Origin: Dudresnaya verticillata
Taxonomy: Eukaryota
DNA: 64,000 bases
Assembly (NCBI GenBank): GCA_977862235.1
Contig: OZ374564.1
Span: 2,356,001 to 2,420,000, forward strand
Direction: 5' to 3'
Of this stretch, positions 1-11,999 are shown one piece after another. Under the pieces are notes generated by a model. That model saw only the letters and a program-made list of their open reading frames with translations. It was not told where the DNA came from and searched no databases. How positions within the stretch are numbered: position 1 is the stretch's first letter; the number at the start of each line of letters is the position of its first letter. The position numbers and the translations under genes are program-made.

Positions 1-6
1 AAATAT

Positions 7-2874
7 TTGTCCCGTGTCCTGGATAGATGCTCAAGTTGTTTAACTACTTCTCAACCGAAAGACACCCGGAAGGTCTCACTAAGCTCCATGAGCAGGAACT
101 TTAACGACGTTGTATGCATTGATCATTTCCACCTTGATATGAACCGTGTGTTTCATCTCATGGACTCTGCTTCAAGATATTCGACCGGCGATGTTGTAAG
201 CACTATGACTATGACGGAAGCTATTAATTGTTTTGAATCTCTATGGATAACACCATTCTGGACCCCCAAATGTGTTCTATTTGACCAAGCGTTCAACAAC
301 ACCGAGTTCATACATTATCTGAAAAGTCAAGACATTGAAACTCGCCCTATACCTCCGCGTCGCCACAACAAAAATGTCATTGAATCTAAGCACAAAGTTA
401 TTCGAGATGTCTACCTACGCCTGAAAGAAGGATGTACAAATGACTCTGCTGAGCACCAAAGACTCCTAGTGCAGCAGGCACTACGAATATCAAATGATCT
501 GTACGGAAATGACGTATGTTCTGCTCATGAGTTGGCGAAAGGCTATACGAGACCTATAACATCCGGAGAATTTCCTGCACAAGTTCCTGAAGAAATTTCC
601 AAGGCCCACGATGACCTCATGGCTAAGCGAAAATTAACCCGCATCCTTCACTCCAAGTCAACTGCTGATATACCATTCAATGTTGGAGATACCGTACAAG
701 TTTATATCAAAGAACAAAATGCCAAGCGCGGCAAGTGGTCATCTCCGAAGGTGATTTTATCGTTCGATAAAACGTCTGGAACCATTTCAGTTCCTGGAAA
801 ATGTGGACGCCAAGTCCAAGCAGCTGTTGAAGATGTCCGTCCTGCCCTACCTGTGGATACACTAGGCAGTTCCATCCAAGAAGCAATTGATGCTCTCTCC
901 AAAAGTCTGGATGACAGCATTGATGAGCTCTGTTCTAAAGAAGATGTGGCATCAAATGAAGAGCTTGAGACTACCACTATAGAGGAGGTTGGATACGAAA
1001 ACGATGACGGAGATATTCTCAGCTCACACCCCGACGTTGGTGACGTCATTGATGTATATTGGCCCCTCGACGATATGTTCTACACTGGAAAAGTGGCATC
1101 AATTAACGAAGATGACAACCAGTACAACATTGATTACAATGATGGTGACAAAGAATGTCTCAAGTTATCGGATGAGACCTGGCGCTATAGCTCGGATGAA
1201 GCAATAGCAACCCACAACGTACAAATATCAGATCAAACGCTCACAAGTTCTCTGCAAGAGGTTCTTGGGTCGTATACTCTTGCCTTCGGTCACAAAGATT
1301 TTATGCGCTACCAGGCTCAAGGGCTACCAACGTTTCCATTGCTAAATGCTTACAAAAAGGAAGAAGAGGCCTTTAAGAAAACAGTCAAGATGGTCCATGC
1401 TTCTGATATCCCAAAGCATGCAAATGTCATCACAAGCCATGTGATATACAAAGTTAAGAATAATGATGATGGCTCGATGAAAATGAAAGCACGCATAGCG
1501 CCACATGGTAACAAGGACAAAGAACGCTTTCAGTTGAAAACAGACTCTTCAACCTGTCCGCCCACTGGTATTCGCATTTTGCTGTCCCTCGCTGCTCAGT
1601 TCAAGTGGTTCTTGGCCAAGATCGATTTTAAGAGCGCGTTTCTACAAACAGGAGAAGCAAAGCGAGACGTCTATGTCGTTCCGCCACGAGAAAGCGACGA
1701 CAAGCAGCACTATTGGTTGTTGCTGACTGCAGCATATGGTCTTGTGAACGCCAATGCTAAGTGGCAGGAACAAAGTGACAATTTCTTAACATCGATCGGT
1801 CTCCGCCAACTCGTTTATGTTCCACAGTTGTTTTACAAGAAGGACGCAATTGGTTCATTGCAACTCGTTGCTGTCAAAATTGTGGACGATGTACTCTTTG
1901 CTGGTGACCAGTCAACTGTTCGGTCAACTATTGGAAAGATACAGGAGCGCTATGAGCTCGGGACAATTTTTTACGGTCCGGGCTCGTTCCTTTTCTTTGG
2001 CCTCCACATTGCTCAAGATGATGAATGCTCTATAAGGATACAAGCTGATGACAAGTTGGACAACTTAAACTGCTACCCCATTGATCGACAAAGAAGAAAG
2101 CAAGGAGATGAAGTTCTAAATGCTGTCGAAACTAGTTCCTTCCGATCAGTCAACAGCTCGATTGGATGGCTTGGAATTGCCGCGTCGCCATTCTGTGCCT
2201 TCTATGCCAGTCATTTACAGCAGAAGGTACCTCAAACCACTGTACACGATATGATCTCTCAAATCAACTCTTTGAGACTGCTGCAAAAACTTGGAAGTAC
2301 CATCATGTACAAGCGACCAGCAGATAAGAAAGAGTACCCTCTATCCGTTCTGATGTTTGCAGACGCTAGTCGCAGTTCTGACTATGGCCAGCTTGGTTTC
2401 ATATCAGGTCTACTTATCGGTGACTTCGAAATGGGTTCTATATTCCATACACTTTCATGGTGTTCACACAAGTCAAAGAGACCAGTCAAATCTATTGGAG
2501 CTGCAGAAATACTAGCGTCTGGTGAAGCAATCGATGAAGGCAAAGTTCTGGTTAGTGCCTACAAGACGCTTCTCGACGTTGAAGTTGACCTGATGGTCGC
2601 TCTTGACTCCAAGGATTTATATGAGACTTTATCAACCTGCCGCAACTCCATTGATCGCTCTATTCGGGCAGATTTCAGCGTCATTCGATATGAGTTTGAG
2701 ACGCACAAAGTGAATCGCATCATCTGGATTCCTGGCAAGACCAACCTTGCAGATCCACTCACTAAGGCTAACAGCCCGCTTGTTCAACCCTTACAGCTGA
2801 CAATGTTTTCTGGAGAGCTCAGCATGAACTTCACAGATAATCTCTTTCGCAACTCAAACCAGTTCACTGGTTAG
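7..2874 (+). CDS. pol: Ty1/Copia pol polyprotein, 5'-truncated by the window: integrase core - Tudor-like domain - reverse transcriptase - RNase H
   Basis: 955-aa open ORF. IN motifs (CIDHF..LFDQAF..VIESKH) precede RT (KARIAPHG, IDFKSAFLQ, AAYGL, IVDD) and RNase H (FADAS..AAE..LDSKDL..NLADPLTK). The IN-RT-RH order is diagnostic of Copia. Confidence 0.95.
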   Translation: MSRVLDRCSSCLTTSQPKDTRKVSLSSMSRNFNDVVCIDHFHLDMNRVFHLMDSASRYSTGDVVSTMTMTEAINCFESLWITPFWTPKCVLFDQAFNNTEFIHYLKSQDIETRPIPPRRHNKNVIESKHKVIRDVYLRLKEGCTNDSAEHQRLLVQQALRISNDLYGNDVCSAHELAKGYTRPITSGEFPAQVPEEISKAHDDLMAKRKLTRILHSKSTADIPFNVGDTVQVYIKEQNAKRGKWSSPKVILSFDKTSGTISVPGKCGRQVQAAVEDVRPALPVDTLGSSIQEAIDALSKSLDDSIDELCSKEDVASNEELETTTIEEVGYENDDGDILSSHPDVGDVIDVYWPLDDMFYTGKVASINEDDNQYNIDYNDGDKECLKLSDETWRYSSDEAIATHNVQISDQTLTSSLQEVLGSYTLAFGHKDFMRYQAQGLPTFPLLNAYKKEEEAFKKTVKMVHASDIPKHANVITSHVIYKVKNNDDGSMKMKARIAPHGNKDKERFQLKTDSSTCPPTGIRILLSLAAQFKWFLAKIDFKSAFLQTGEAKRDVYVVPPRESDDKQHYWLLLTAAYGLVNANAKWQEQSDNFLTSIGLRQLVYVPQLFYKKDAIGSLQLVAVKIVDDVLFAGDQSTVRSTIGKIQERYELGTIFYGPGSFLFFGLHIAQDDECSIRIQADDKLDNLNCYPIDRQRRKQGDEVLNAVETSSFRSVNSSIGWLGIAASPFCAFYASHLQQKVPQTTVHDMISQINSLRLLQKLGSTIMYKRPADKKEYPLSVLMFADASRSSDYGQLGFISGLLIGDFEMGSIFHTLSWCSHKSKRPVKSIGAAEILASGEAIDEGKVLVSAYKTLLDVEVDLMVALDSKDLYETLSTCRNSIDRSIRADFSVIRYEFETHKVNRIIWIPGKTNLADPLTKANSPLVQPLQLTMFSGELSMNFTDNLFRNSNQFTG

Positions 2875-2883
2875 ACTCAGCTA

Positions 2884-2900
2884 AGAAAGCGGGAGGAGAA
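2884..2900 (+). other. Polypurine tract of the Copia element
   Basis: AGAAAGCGGGAGGAGAA just after the pol stop and directly before TG. Confidence 0.8.
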
Positions 2901-3365
2901 TGAAAACATTAATTGTCCTACGGTCGTATGCATACTGATGCAATCATTCTACAGTCGTATGCATACTGATGAAATGGATCTACAGTCGTATTAATACTGC
3001 AGATACTATTCTACGGTCGTATTCATGCTGACGAACCATGTTTATGTTTTATGTAGTTGTATTCACAATGGTTCTCAGTGAGCACTTTCTTCTAACTTTA
3101 GTCAACGGTCGTTTTACGTTTTAGAGGCAGTCTTCGCCTGCCTATAAGTACCGCCTAGTTCTCTCTTGTTCTACCCTCTCAACAGGACAACATTTTATCT
3201 ACACAACACAATCTGATCTACTCTGTTCTGTAAATCTACTGTTCCTCTGATACCGCTGCTACTGCCAACTTGCTACTGATCCAAATACCATTCCTTTATT
3301 CTCCCTCCCTAAGGATTTGACACTCACAAGTTCATCCTTTTCCTCCTCCTTCCTATACCTTGACA
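2901..3365 (+). mobile_element. 3' LTR of the Copia element (right end uncertain: CA at 3334 or 3365)
   Basis: Starts TGAAAAC right after the PPT; contains a tandem repeat and a TATA-like TATAAG near 3143. The 5' LTR is outside the window, so the end cannot be confirmed. Confidence 0.65.
2918..3041 (+). repeat. 4 x 31-bp tandem repeat inside the Copia LTR
   Basis: Units CTAC(G/A)GTCGTAT..AT(A/G)CTG.. start at 2918, 2949, 2980 and 3011. Confidence 0.9.
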
Positions 3366-4389
3366 AGAGCGCCTAGAAGTGCTTCTATCCTCTTATCTTA
3401 GTTGCCATCGGTTTGTCAAATGGAGTTCTATAGACAAGTAAAGGCGTCCATTTCTTTTCAAAGGCGGACAGCAGTAATGAATGCATGGAAACAACAAGCA
3501 GAGCTCAGTAGACGAGAATAAATTGATAGTTACACTACCAACAAACAACTGTATCGCTGCATTAATACCGATGACTCCTTCGCCAGAATAGAATCGATAT
3601 TGGCCATGTTACACCTTTTACTTACTTCTTGATATTGATGTACCATGCGCTACGGCCCTAGGTATCGCCGATCTAGAGGGTTAGTAATGAACCTTTTCCA
3701 CGGGGGCCGGAATCGCAGTGACAGCTGAGGCGCATTCGAATAGTAGTTGCCTCCATGCCTCGGAGATTTATTGAGACCTGTGTATTGACAAAAGAGAAAC
3801 GCTAATCTGATCACATGCCTTCTGTTGTTGTATTTTATTTCTTGTCTAATGTGCCTTGTGGTCCTGCCTTGTGAGAAGTACTGCATGCGATTTTACGTCA
3901 GCAGGAGTAAACTTTTGTGAGCTTTCCGCTATGTAAACCGATGTCGTTCTAACGGTACTTACCGAACTATCTGCAGCTACACAATTGAAAGGAAACGTTT
4001 ACAGTAGACGAAAGTCGTCGAATGTAGGAGAGGTTGTTTTGAAGAGAGAGAAAGCCATGTTTTGAATAACAGAACTATTCGACTACCCAAGGCTGCAAGT
4101 TTTAGATACCGGTACTGTGTACAGCCGGCACCAGATATGTACCACGAACGACGTTCCCAAAATCTTGAACCACGGCACTCCAAGATGGCATTCAAATCCA
4201 TACTAGTATGTGTTAATAGTTGTTCAGATAACTGTTTTGCTTGCAGTGGGGTGGGTGTTCTGACTTAGAACACAGAACTTCTGAGCCGGGGGCTGCTTTT
4301 CCTACTCACAAGATGACACTTACTACATGTAAAGTCCAAGGAATCTCCTCAGCGAATAAAAGGAGGTGCCATCATAGTCAGTTAATACT

Positions 4390-4473
4390 CATGAGCCACA
4401 GCCTCAGCGTTGTGAAGACTGGTGAGTCCTAATGGACTCACCAGTGTTCACAACGCTGAGTCTGTGGCTCATG
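4390..4473. repeat. Near-perfect inverted repeat/hairpin (40-bp arms, 4-nt loop)
   Basis: CATGAGCCACAGCCTCAGCGTTGTGAAGACTGGTGAGTCC-TAAT-GGACTCACCAGTGTTCACAACGCTGAGTCTGTGGCTCATG, 2 mismatches. Confidence 0.95.
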
Positions 4474-4723
4474 TAACTACGGGTCGTATTGCGTTCTGTT
4501 GTTTCTAGCTATTCTGAGAGGTACTGTCCATTCAGGAAACGCTGAGCGTCTTCAAATGTCTGTGTCGTGGCTATTCCATGTGGATTGGCAAGCTCTGTCG
4601 CTGGAGTGATATTAAACTTTATAGGACGGTTTTGAGTGCACCGGCATCGGCAACAAAAGGCCTATGAGCCAGCACACTATCGCATGGGAAGGAGGAACAA
4701 CGACTGTATATCTTCAATGCGTG

Positions 4724-5245
4724 CTATTGGGTTGAAGGGGCGGAGTCGGGAGGCTGACTGCGTTGAAAGCCAACGCGGCGAATTTCTTGAATGCTCTGGG
4801 AGACGTCACGTAGCGTGGCCGAGGTGGGGGCAGGCTGGCCCAGCAGTGCCAGTGTTGTGGAAGCGATTCGGACGCGTGCGGCGAGAGCGGGATCGGGGGG
4901 TGGGATCGGGAATGTACCCAGATGCCAGCGGACTGCGAGATGGCGGTGAGCGGACACAGGTAGTTCCAGAGCGGGAGCAAGGCGGTCAGACGTATAAACA
5001 GGAGCAGGTCGTCGCCCTTGGAGGTCAAGGCGCCAGCGTAGCAGGTGCAGGGCGTGCCGCTCAGCTGCGGACTTGGAGCAGGCAACGGCGCTACGAAGCG
5101 AGTGGTCAGGCGAGCGCGAGAGGGCATCTAGGGTCGTGCGGGCAGCCCAGAAGAGCTTAGGGGAGCGGGAAGATGAGAGCCGGCGTAGGCGCAGTACCAA
5201 CATGCTCTGTAGGTCGGACCGTCTGTGGCTGGAGTGCCCTTGCAC
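4724..5245 (-). CDS. Hypothetical protein, paralog of 5616-6317 (5' part possibly missing or spliced)
   Basis: Shares LQxxLVxxLRxL...W...TLxxL and HLxTFPIPP..P...A..R..S..L blocks with the divergent ORF. Confidence 0.5.
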   Translation of the reverse strand: MQGHSSHRRSDLQSMLVLRLRRLSSSRSPKLFWAARTTLDALSRSPDHSLRSAVACSKSAAERHALHLLRWRLDLQGRRPAPVYTSDRLAPALELPVSAHRHLAVRWHLGTFPIPPPDPALAARVRIASTTLALLGQPAPTSATLRDVSQSIQEIRRVGFQRSQPPDSAPSTQ

Positions 5246-5615
5246 ACAAGAGATTTATTGTGATTCCGTAATCGTCTTCTCTATTCTGCAGGTTTTGTTG
5301 AGGAAGAATAGAAAACATAAACGAAGTTTTATTCCTATTATACGGTAGAAAGCTCTAAAGCTACTGATGTACTTCCTGCCAGCTTTTCTATGGAAAATTC
5401 CTAGATGCTGGCATAACTTTACGCCCCATTAGATTCTTGGACTTTCCTACTGCACAAGACTATGTTTCATATCATCCATACTCTCCTCACAACTCATTCA
5501 CAATTCGTTAAACTACAACTTAACAGACTTATAGCTTCAATCCATTTGTTACTATAGACATCTGAATATCCTCGACTTCACTATCCGGTCCCTATTCGAA
5601 CATCGAAGCGCGCTT

Positions 5616-6317
5616 GTGCCCTACACTGCCGAAGTCCTGCGAGCTATCGATGACTTGGACGCGGACTTCTTCCGTGTGATCATCTCACAGCGATTTCCCA
5701 GAATGCCTCGAAAGCGCCTGCGCAAGCTTCGTTCCCTTTTCCAGGTGGAAACACCGACACTGCGGCAACGAACACTGCAGAACAAACTCGTTGCATCTCT
5801 TCGTCAGCTGGCAAGGACACCCGGCTCCCGTGCATCTTGGCAGTCCTAGAAGACACTCGAGACCCTCCCAAACGTTTCTACCCCTTCTCTCCAACTCTCT
5901 TGCAACACCCACTCTTCCATTCGGAATCTGTTGCGGACAACTGTAAGTAGTGGAAAGTTGCGCTTGCCGGTGTCCGCCCTGCCCTTGTGCCACGCCCAAA
6001 CGCCCTTCCCCCCTAAGCTCCTCGTCTCTGATTACCACGATGGGCTCTTTGCCATCCGTCGGCACCTTTACACCTTTCCCATCCCACCGCAAATCCCATC
6101 ACACCGCGCGACCCTCCGCTCTCATTCACCGGCGCTGTTCAAGTTGTTAAAGGCCAACCCGACCACTGTTGATATTGCTGCCATCTCGACCACGATCCGT
6201 GTCATTCGCGATCCATGTGCGACTGCTTTCCCGTCCCCCTGGACCTTTTCGCCCCCCTCATCCCTCTCCCCGCTCCAGGAGAAGCCCTTCCGTGTGCTCT
6301 GTAACGATACCAAGTAA
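5616..6317 (+). pseudogene. Hypothetical protein with one in-frame stop (5847-5849), paralog of 4724-5245
   Basis: ORFs 5616-5849 and 5931-6317 are in the same frame, and similarity to the minus-strand ORF runs across the stop. Confidence 0.55.
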
Positions 6318-9300
6318 CGCTACTTTGGCCTTCAGGGCTTGTGTTGTTGTATTATATTTGTTGTTTAACGTGATGGTAAACTTTTATTGGTTGTTTTAGG
6401 GGTAAACGTCACTTTACGAAAGCATGAGGCTAGAGTATCCCTACTGGATACTCTTAAGCACTACATAGGAGGCAAATCTGCAGGAGTCAAGCGGTGACGA
6501 TTGACGCTGACGGCGACAAACTGCGTATCAAACGAGACAAGACGATTCAAGAGAGCATGTTTCTCAGCAAGCGATTTTTTTAGGTGGTCCCGCTCGGGCG
6601 ACTTAAAGGTCCATGTGCAGCCACACCAGGGTCAGCTCCAAACGTGGTCCTGCGTAGGTGACTTTGGCCCATTTGTTGCCACACGGCTGGTGTGCCTGCT
6701 GATGCCCGTGTCGCCCGCCTAGGTCCATCTTAAACAACTCATTAAAATTGAATCAGCACTAGACCGCCTGTGTGCTTGCAAATAGGACACAGTTGCCCGA
6801 GTAGGAACGCTCGAAACTATAATAAAATGGAATAACATGTTAGAGAAAGGGTTCAGAGAGTAATGTAATCGTGGTGACGTTATCGTGTTGCGTAGATAAT
6901 GTTTATTGGAAATGGACTAATGACTACGAAGAACGACACTTGGTACTCTGTCATGGTCAGCTGAGTCCACGCAATGCTATGACTGCTCTCTAAGACTCCC
7001 CCGAAGTCACAAATATTCTGGGACTCCCTCCGGGCACGAGAAGAAAGAAAGCCTTTACAAAATGTAGAGATACAGTAGAATGAGCACTTGGAAACAGATT
7101 GGGCGAGAGAAAAGAAGGACACACAATAGAAGAAGCCGCTACTAACAAACACTAGGCCATGCCGCCAACTTCACTTCATTGGTTTTATTACCACTGCCTC
7201 TTCTACTGGGATACGCTAGATTGGCAGACCTATCACTAGTAGCATACCCAGGTGCGAGTTATAATAAACAACGCATAGGAATTTATTCACTCAAGGCCAG
7301 GGCCCGTAGGACAATTTTTTAAATCTGACCGGTCTTTCAACTGCAGTTATAAGCAGCATTTCACACCACAGTCGGCTTCAGTCGCATTTGCAGTGAGAGT
7401 AGTACATATAATGTTAAAAGTACAATTAGGAAACGCGTTGGAAATCTTCTGCATCAGGGCCGCCCCAAATCTGACAGGATGCGGGCCTTTATCAACGCAG
7501 GCGCCGGGGGCGCTACCCCACGAAATGAATCATAATGAAGGGCCCGAAGACGTCGGATATTGAAAAAGGAAGGTGACTAGTCAGACGTAGGGCCAAAGAG
7601 CTGGCTTCTTCAAATCTGGAGGGTGGGAGTAGCATTCTTTTTGTCTATAAACACTTGTCATCCTTCAGTTCTGTTGCAATGACCTTTTTGCCCGAAGCCC
7701 AGCAGGAAATGTTTGTTCTCTTCCACAAATGCTACTAGTCCCGCTAGGGGCACACTGACGATTATCTATCAAAAGATGAACTGCCTGTGCATTTGTCAAC
7801 TATGGCAGACGCAATTTCTCTCAAGTTTTCATCATCTGTTCACGACGGGGATTGAGCAAGGCATCTAGGTATGGCTATCATACTCGCCCTAGCCTCTATG
7901 ATCAACTCAATTGAAAGCGTAGTACGGAAGTCCTCATTTACCACTTTGTATGTTCCTGTCCGGTAGAGGCCGGACGATGCGTGCAGCACCACTGGACGGT
8001 ACTACTGTAACGCAATCTTCCTTGGAATGGCATGCGTTCTAAAAGCTATGCAGGCGTGGAGCTGCATTCAACCCAAAATGCATGAAAATGTTCATACTCA
8101 AGCTTCTGTTCACGCCGTAAGCCAATGCATTTTGCAAAAAGCGGGCTAGTAGATATGCGTCATAGAACTCTGAAAATCGTCAAAGCCGCGAAAACAAGAG
8201 CGCCTTTTTGCATACGCTCAATGTGGACTGCATCTTTTGTATGTACGTTTTGAGGAATATCTGAATGCTTTTGCTACCTTTTTCTGAAAATAACATGCAG
8301 TACTACACTGTACTAGGGTATGCTGACTGTAGCTGAATACAAGTGCTTGGTTGAGACCCCCGAGGATCCAACACCCGACAAACTCTTGTCGTGCATCTGA
8401 ACAAACAAGATTTGTACGCTTCGATGCTTAAGAATTAGAAATCGAGGTTTTAGAATACGGAGATAGGGTCAACGCGTATGCCAGATGCAAAATATGTGCA
8501 AGAAGAAAGCTAAAGCGAACGACAGTACCGGGAAGATACTCTGCTGGAACTAGATTGTCCTTTTCAGATAGTTGTTGACCTGTGAATGCAGTAGCGTTCA
8601 CAGTGAGGATAGCCTGCTTCTCGATGAGTGTGGATTGTCAATTTCATTTTCTCTGTTATACAGCATTACATAGGGGCAAATCCTAATCGTAACGATGGAC
8701 TGGTAGCTTCTTGTCACATATATGCAAATAGAAAAGGTAACAAGGCCGATGAGAGGCAGGATAAATATCGAAACAAGGTGCTCCTACACATTACAACAAC
8801 TCGTCCATTCTTCCACCAAATATGTGATCCGGCGCTCAGCATATTAGCTTTCCTGCAGTAGAAGAAGAAACAGACAAGCAAGCTCCAGCTTGAAGTTACA
8901 TACAAGGTATTAAATCAATTACAACAAGGCGTAATCTCTATATGCTCTCATACGATGCGAAGAAGAAATCATGGGAACGACACAATCTTGTGGAACATAA
9001 ACTCATACGTGTTTTAAGACCTTTGATGGCCAACATAAGTATGCAGCGATAACGGCATATGCTTGCGTTGCTACAGCTCTGGTCTCCGTTAGTTTCGGTT
9101 TTGGCAGATAATACGTGAACTCATAGTGTCAAATAGTATCACTCTTACACGAGTAACAATGATACGTTAGAAAACACCACCACTTGTGGAAAGTGGAAGT
9201 GGAAGGCATCCAATAGCAGAATAAAAGTCGTTGCAGAAAGCAGTTAGCTTGGAGCAAATGCAATCGAAAGCAAGTGGAGTAAACGTTGATCATAGAGAGA

Positions 9301-11042
9301 GATTAACGTTTATCATAAGCTACAGAATAGATCCATGCAGGATAAGTTCTCTACATATAGTGGGATGACATTGTACATGGGCAACCTGGAAAGGTGGAAA
9401 ACAAAATGGACAGGGTTTGAGCCTCTGCGAACTTGAATCTTGCGGCACGCTGATGCGTGCAAGTGTAGGCTTGCCTCGATACTTTCATAGCGATTATGCC
9501 TGAGATCGCGAAAACGTAGTTGAACTATATGTACTTGCCAACGTTGTGCAAGTCTAGTCGAGTACCGATTTCTGTTTGTATGCTTCGAATGCGCGTCAGG
9601 ACGAATGATAATGATGACTCTACCTGGTGCTTCCGCTGAAGACCATCCTGGGGCTCAGGGCCTGAATGGGAAGATGCCAAGCGGCGAAACTCCCAGCCTC
9701 TCGGCTCTCAGCTTCTGACCACAAAACCCGAAACACCGCTATTGCGCTCACGTCCCTCTCCCATCGCCCTCCTTACTGGACCGTGATAAAAGCAAAGAAG
9801 GAACAATACCTCCTCTGACTGTTCCGCTATCTTAGCATTCGCTGATAGGACATCATATCGCACTGTAATGCATTAAATACGGTTAAATATGAAGGGCCCA
9901 AGTGTTAGGATATCCAACTAGTATGTGAGCCTCGCGCTGTACACTAATCGCGAAAATGCACTTATTGATGGACTCAATTACCGCGGGATGACCGTATTCA
10001 AGCCCCAGCACCCAATGCCGGCAACTTGTTAACTTAGTCCTATCAAGAAGCAGAGTGCAGAGTTAAAGGAAGAGAGCAGACCTTTATTGTGAAGGGGACC
10101 ATGTAGCGTTGTTTTATTAGAGATAGGGACAATTATAGGTGATAGCACATTCAAAACAAAAAAGTTTTCGTTCTTCTACCATTACTTACCTATCCTACAC
10201 TTCTGTAACGAAGCTCTAGTCAACCTCACTTGCACTCGTAGCCGAAGCAATTGAAGAAATCCGTCGTAATGGACTCCACCTCTCTACATACCCTGATCCC
10301 CCACCCCCACCCCCACCCCCCGCGCAGAGATCGCTAGTTATATTTCTATTACGTAATTTATTTTTTTGCCAATAGGCCGCTAACGCCGAGTCAAATGCAC
10401 TCGGAACTGTGTTCAGTGTTCAGTAAACTGCATCACCACTCTATGAGGAAACAGCACACACATTGAGCCCCGTGTAAGATTACTGTCAATATCAGTCTCG
10501 AATAGATAGTGGAACTAGAAATAGATACTAGAAGCAGTCCAATTGAACACTCCTGAATGTTGCTTTACCCTAGCATCGTAATGTCCGTACAACGCTACGC
10601 TTAATTCACTGCTTGATGGCAAATATTGCCCTCTGAGAAAGCTAAACTGCCAAAATGACCATAGGTAAGTCTCCTTTTCGTTATCGCTGTTGGTAAACCT
10701 CCTAGTTGTGCCAGCGCGAATTTCGCCGCAATAGTTTCAATCAAACCCGCGGCACCCTCCTTCAATCTAATATATGTGTGCTTCCCTTGTGAATTGCTGT
10801 CGGTTTATCAACAGTATGAAAGAATCTTCTCATCTGGCAGCTCCCCAGGTAGTGTTCCCTACTAGTTTCATTGTCATGCATGTTAAGGCAATATACATAT
10901 CAGTTGCATCTTCTTTATCCAAACCAGAATAGCAGCTTGGTAGAGTCAGATAAATAGTGAGAACTAGAATTGCTCTTCGGTAGGAGCGTACTCCTATCTT
11001 CGCAACAAGACCTTACTGTTGCTGAGAAGCGATCAACGAACT

Positions 11043-11999
11043 ATGGCAGCACCTACGATGTATCTTTCAGCAGTTCTGCTACTGCTTGTGTTCGCAACGA
11101 AGGTTTTCTCAGAGCGCAGAGAGGAAACTCTTGAGACTTCTGTGCACAAGAAAGAACTCTGCGGTGGCTTTTGCACATTCCGGATTTGCCGACCTAACCT
11201 TAACAACAACTTGAGAAGTATTGGACAGAAAATGGCCTTGGAAGTGCCTGGTGTTGCGGGCTACACGAATATCTGCAGACCGAGCAGAACCGTTGGGAGG
11301 GTCTTGAAAACAGGGGAACCACTGATCAAAAACGGCCCTGGCTCCTACTATCCCCTTTATCTCTGGGGGCCCTCAGGTTTGTCTCCCAAGTTTGCAAGAC
11401 GGTTTTTCACACCCGGCCGAGTACCACTTAAGGCTTACAGAACAACCCGTACCTCAATTGTAAGGGGAATGCCGGCTGGAAATCAATGGGACTATCTTGA
11501 CGGCCAGTGCATCGTACTGCCAGTTCATAGATGGCAAGAAATCGATCCGGTAACCAAGGCTGTCGTCGGTATCAAAAAATCGTTCTTGGCGACAAGGAAA
11601 ACAGATTGTGTTAGCTTCCAAACAGTTGCGCCAAAGATGCGGATTCAAGTCACATGGCTTAACGACGCCGATGTGGACATGATTGTGACGGAGCCCAATG
11701 GAGACGTGTTGGGCCGGGCTAGCCCAAAAACTAAGTACGGATCGTTCTTCCAAGATGCGGGTGTCGGTGAGTGCGGTTTGAGGGAATTCTCTCGAGAGAA
11801 AGCTGTCTATAGGGCTCAATATCAGCCAGGACCTTATGGTGTTCAGCTTGTTATGGGAAAGAAGTGTAACACGAATAGGTTCTTCAAATTCAGATGGATT
11901 GTAAGGGTTATGCTTGATGGGAGAGAAGTGTTCAACCAAAGCGGCTGGACGAACGCCGAAAGGTTTGAGACTATTACTACTCTCAGCGTTACCATTTAG
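11043..11999 (+). CDS. Secreted protein with Cys-containing N-terminal region and C-terminal YfaP/DUF2135-like domain
   Basis: Intact single-exon ORF with a signal-peptide-like start (MYLSAVLLLLVFATKVFS). MRIQVTWLNDADVDMIVTEPNG...PGPYGVQL resembles the YfaP-like xVxLxWxxxxDxDLxVxEPxG motif. Confidence 0.75.
   Translation: MAAPTMYLSAVLLLLVFATKVFSERREETLETSVHKKELCGGFCTFRICRPNLNNNLRSIGQKMALEVPGVAGYTNICRPSRTVGRVLKTGEPLIKNGPGSYYPLYLWGPSGLSPKFARRFFTPGRVPLKAYRTTRTSIVRGMPAGNQWDYLDGQCIVLPVHRWQEIDPVTKAVVGIKKSFLATRKTDCVSFQTVAPKMRIQVTWLNDADVDMIVTEPNGDVLGRASPKTKYGSFFQDAGVGECGLREFSREKAVYRAQYQPGPYGVQLVMGKKCNTNRFFKFRWIVRVMLDGREVFNQSGWTNAERFETITTLSVTI

Noticed and set aside
2918..3041. CRISPR-like array (conserved ~22 nt plus variable ~9 nt, four times)
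   Set aside because: The 31-bp period and short variable parts do not fit CRISPR, there are no cas genes, and it lies within a retrotransposon LTR; an ordinary tandem repeat.
10298..10321. (CCCCCA)4 tract, G-quadruplex or telomere-like
   Set aside because: Only four units with no supporting context; treated as a simple repeat.
6400..11000. Short ORFs in the AT-richer intergenic stretch
   Set aside because: No recognisable motifs, RNA genes or repeats; no tRNA or rRNA was recognised anywhere in the window.
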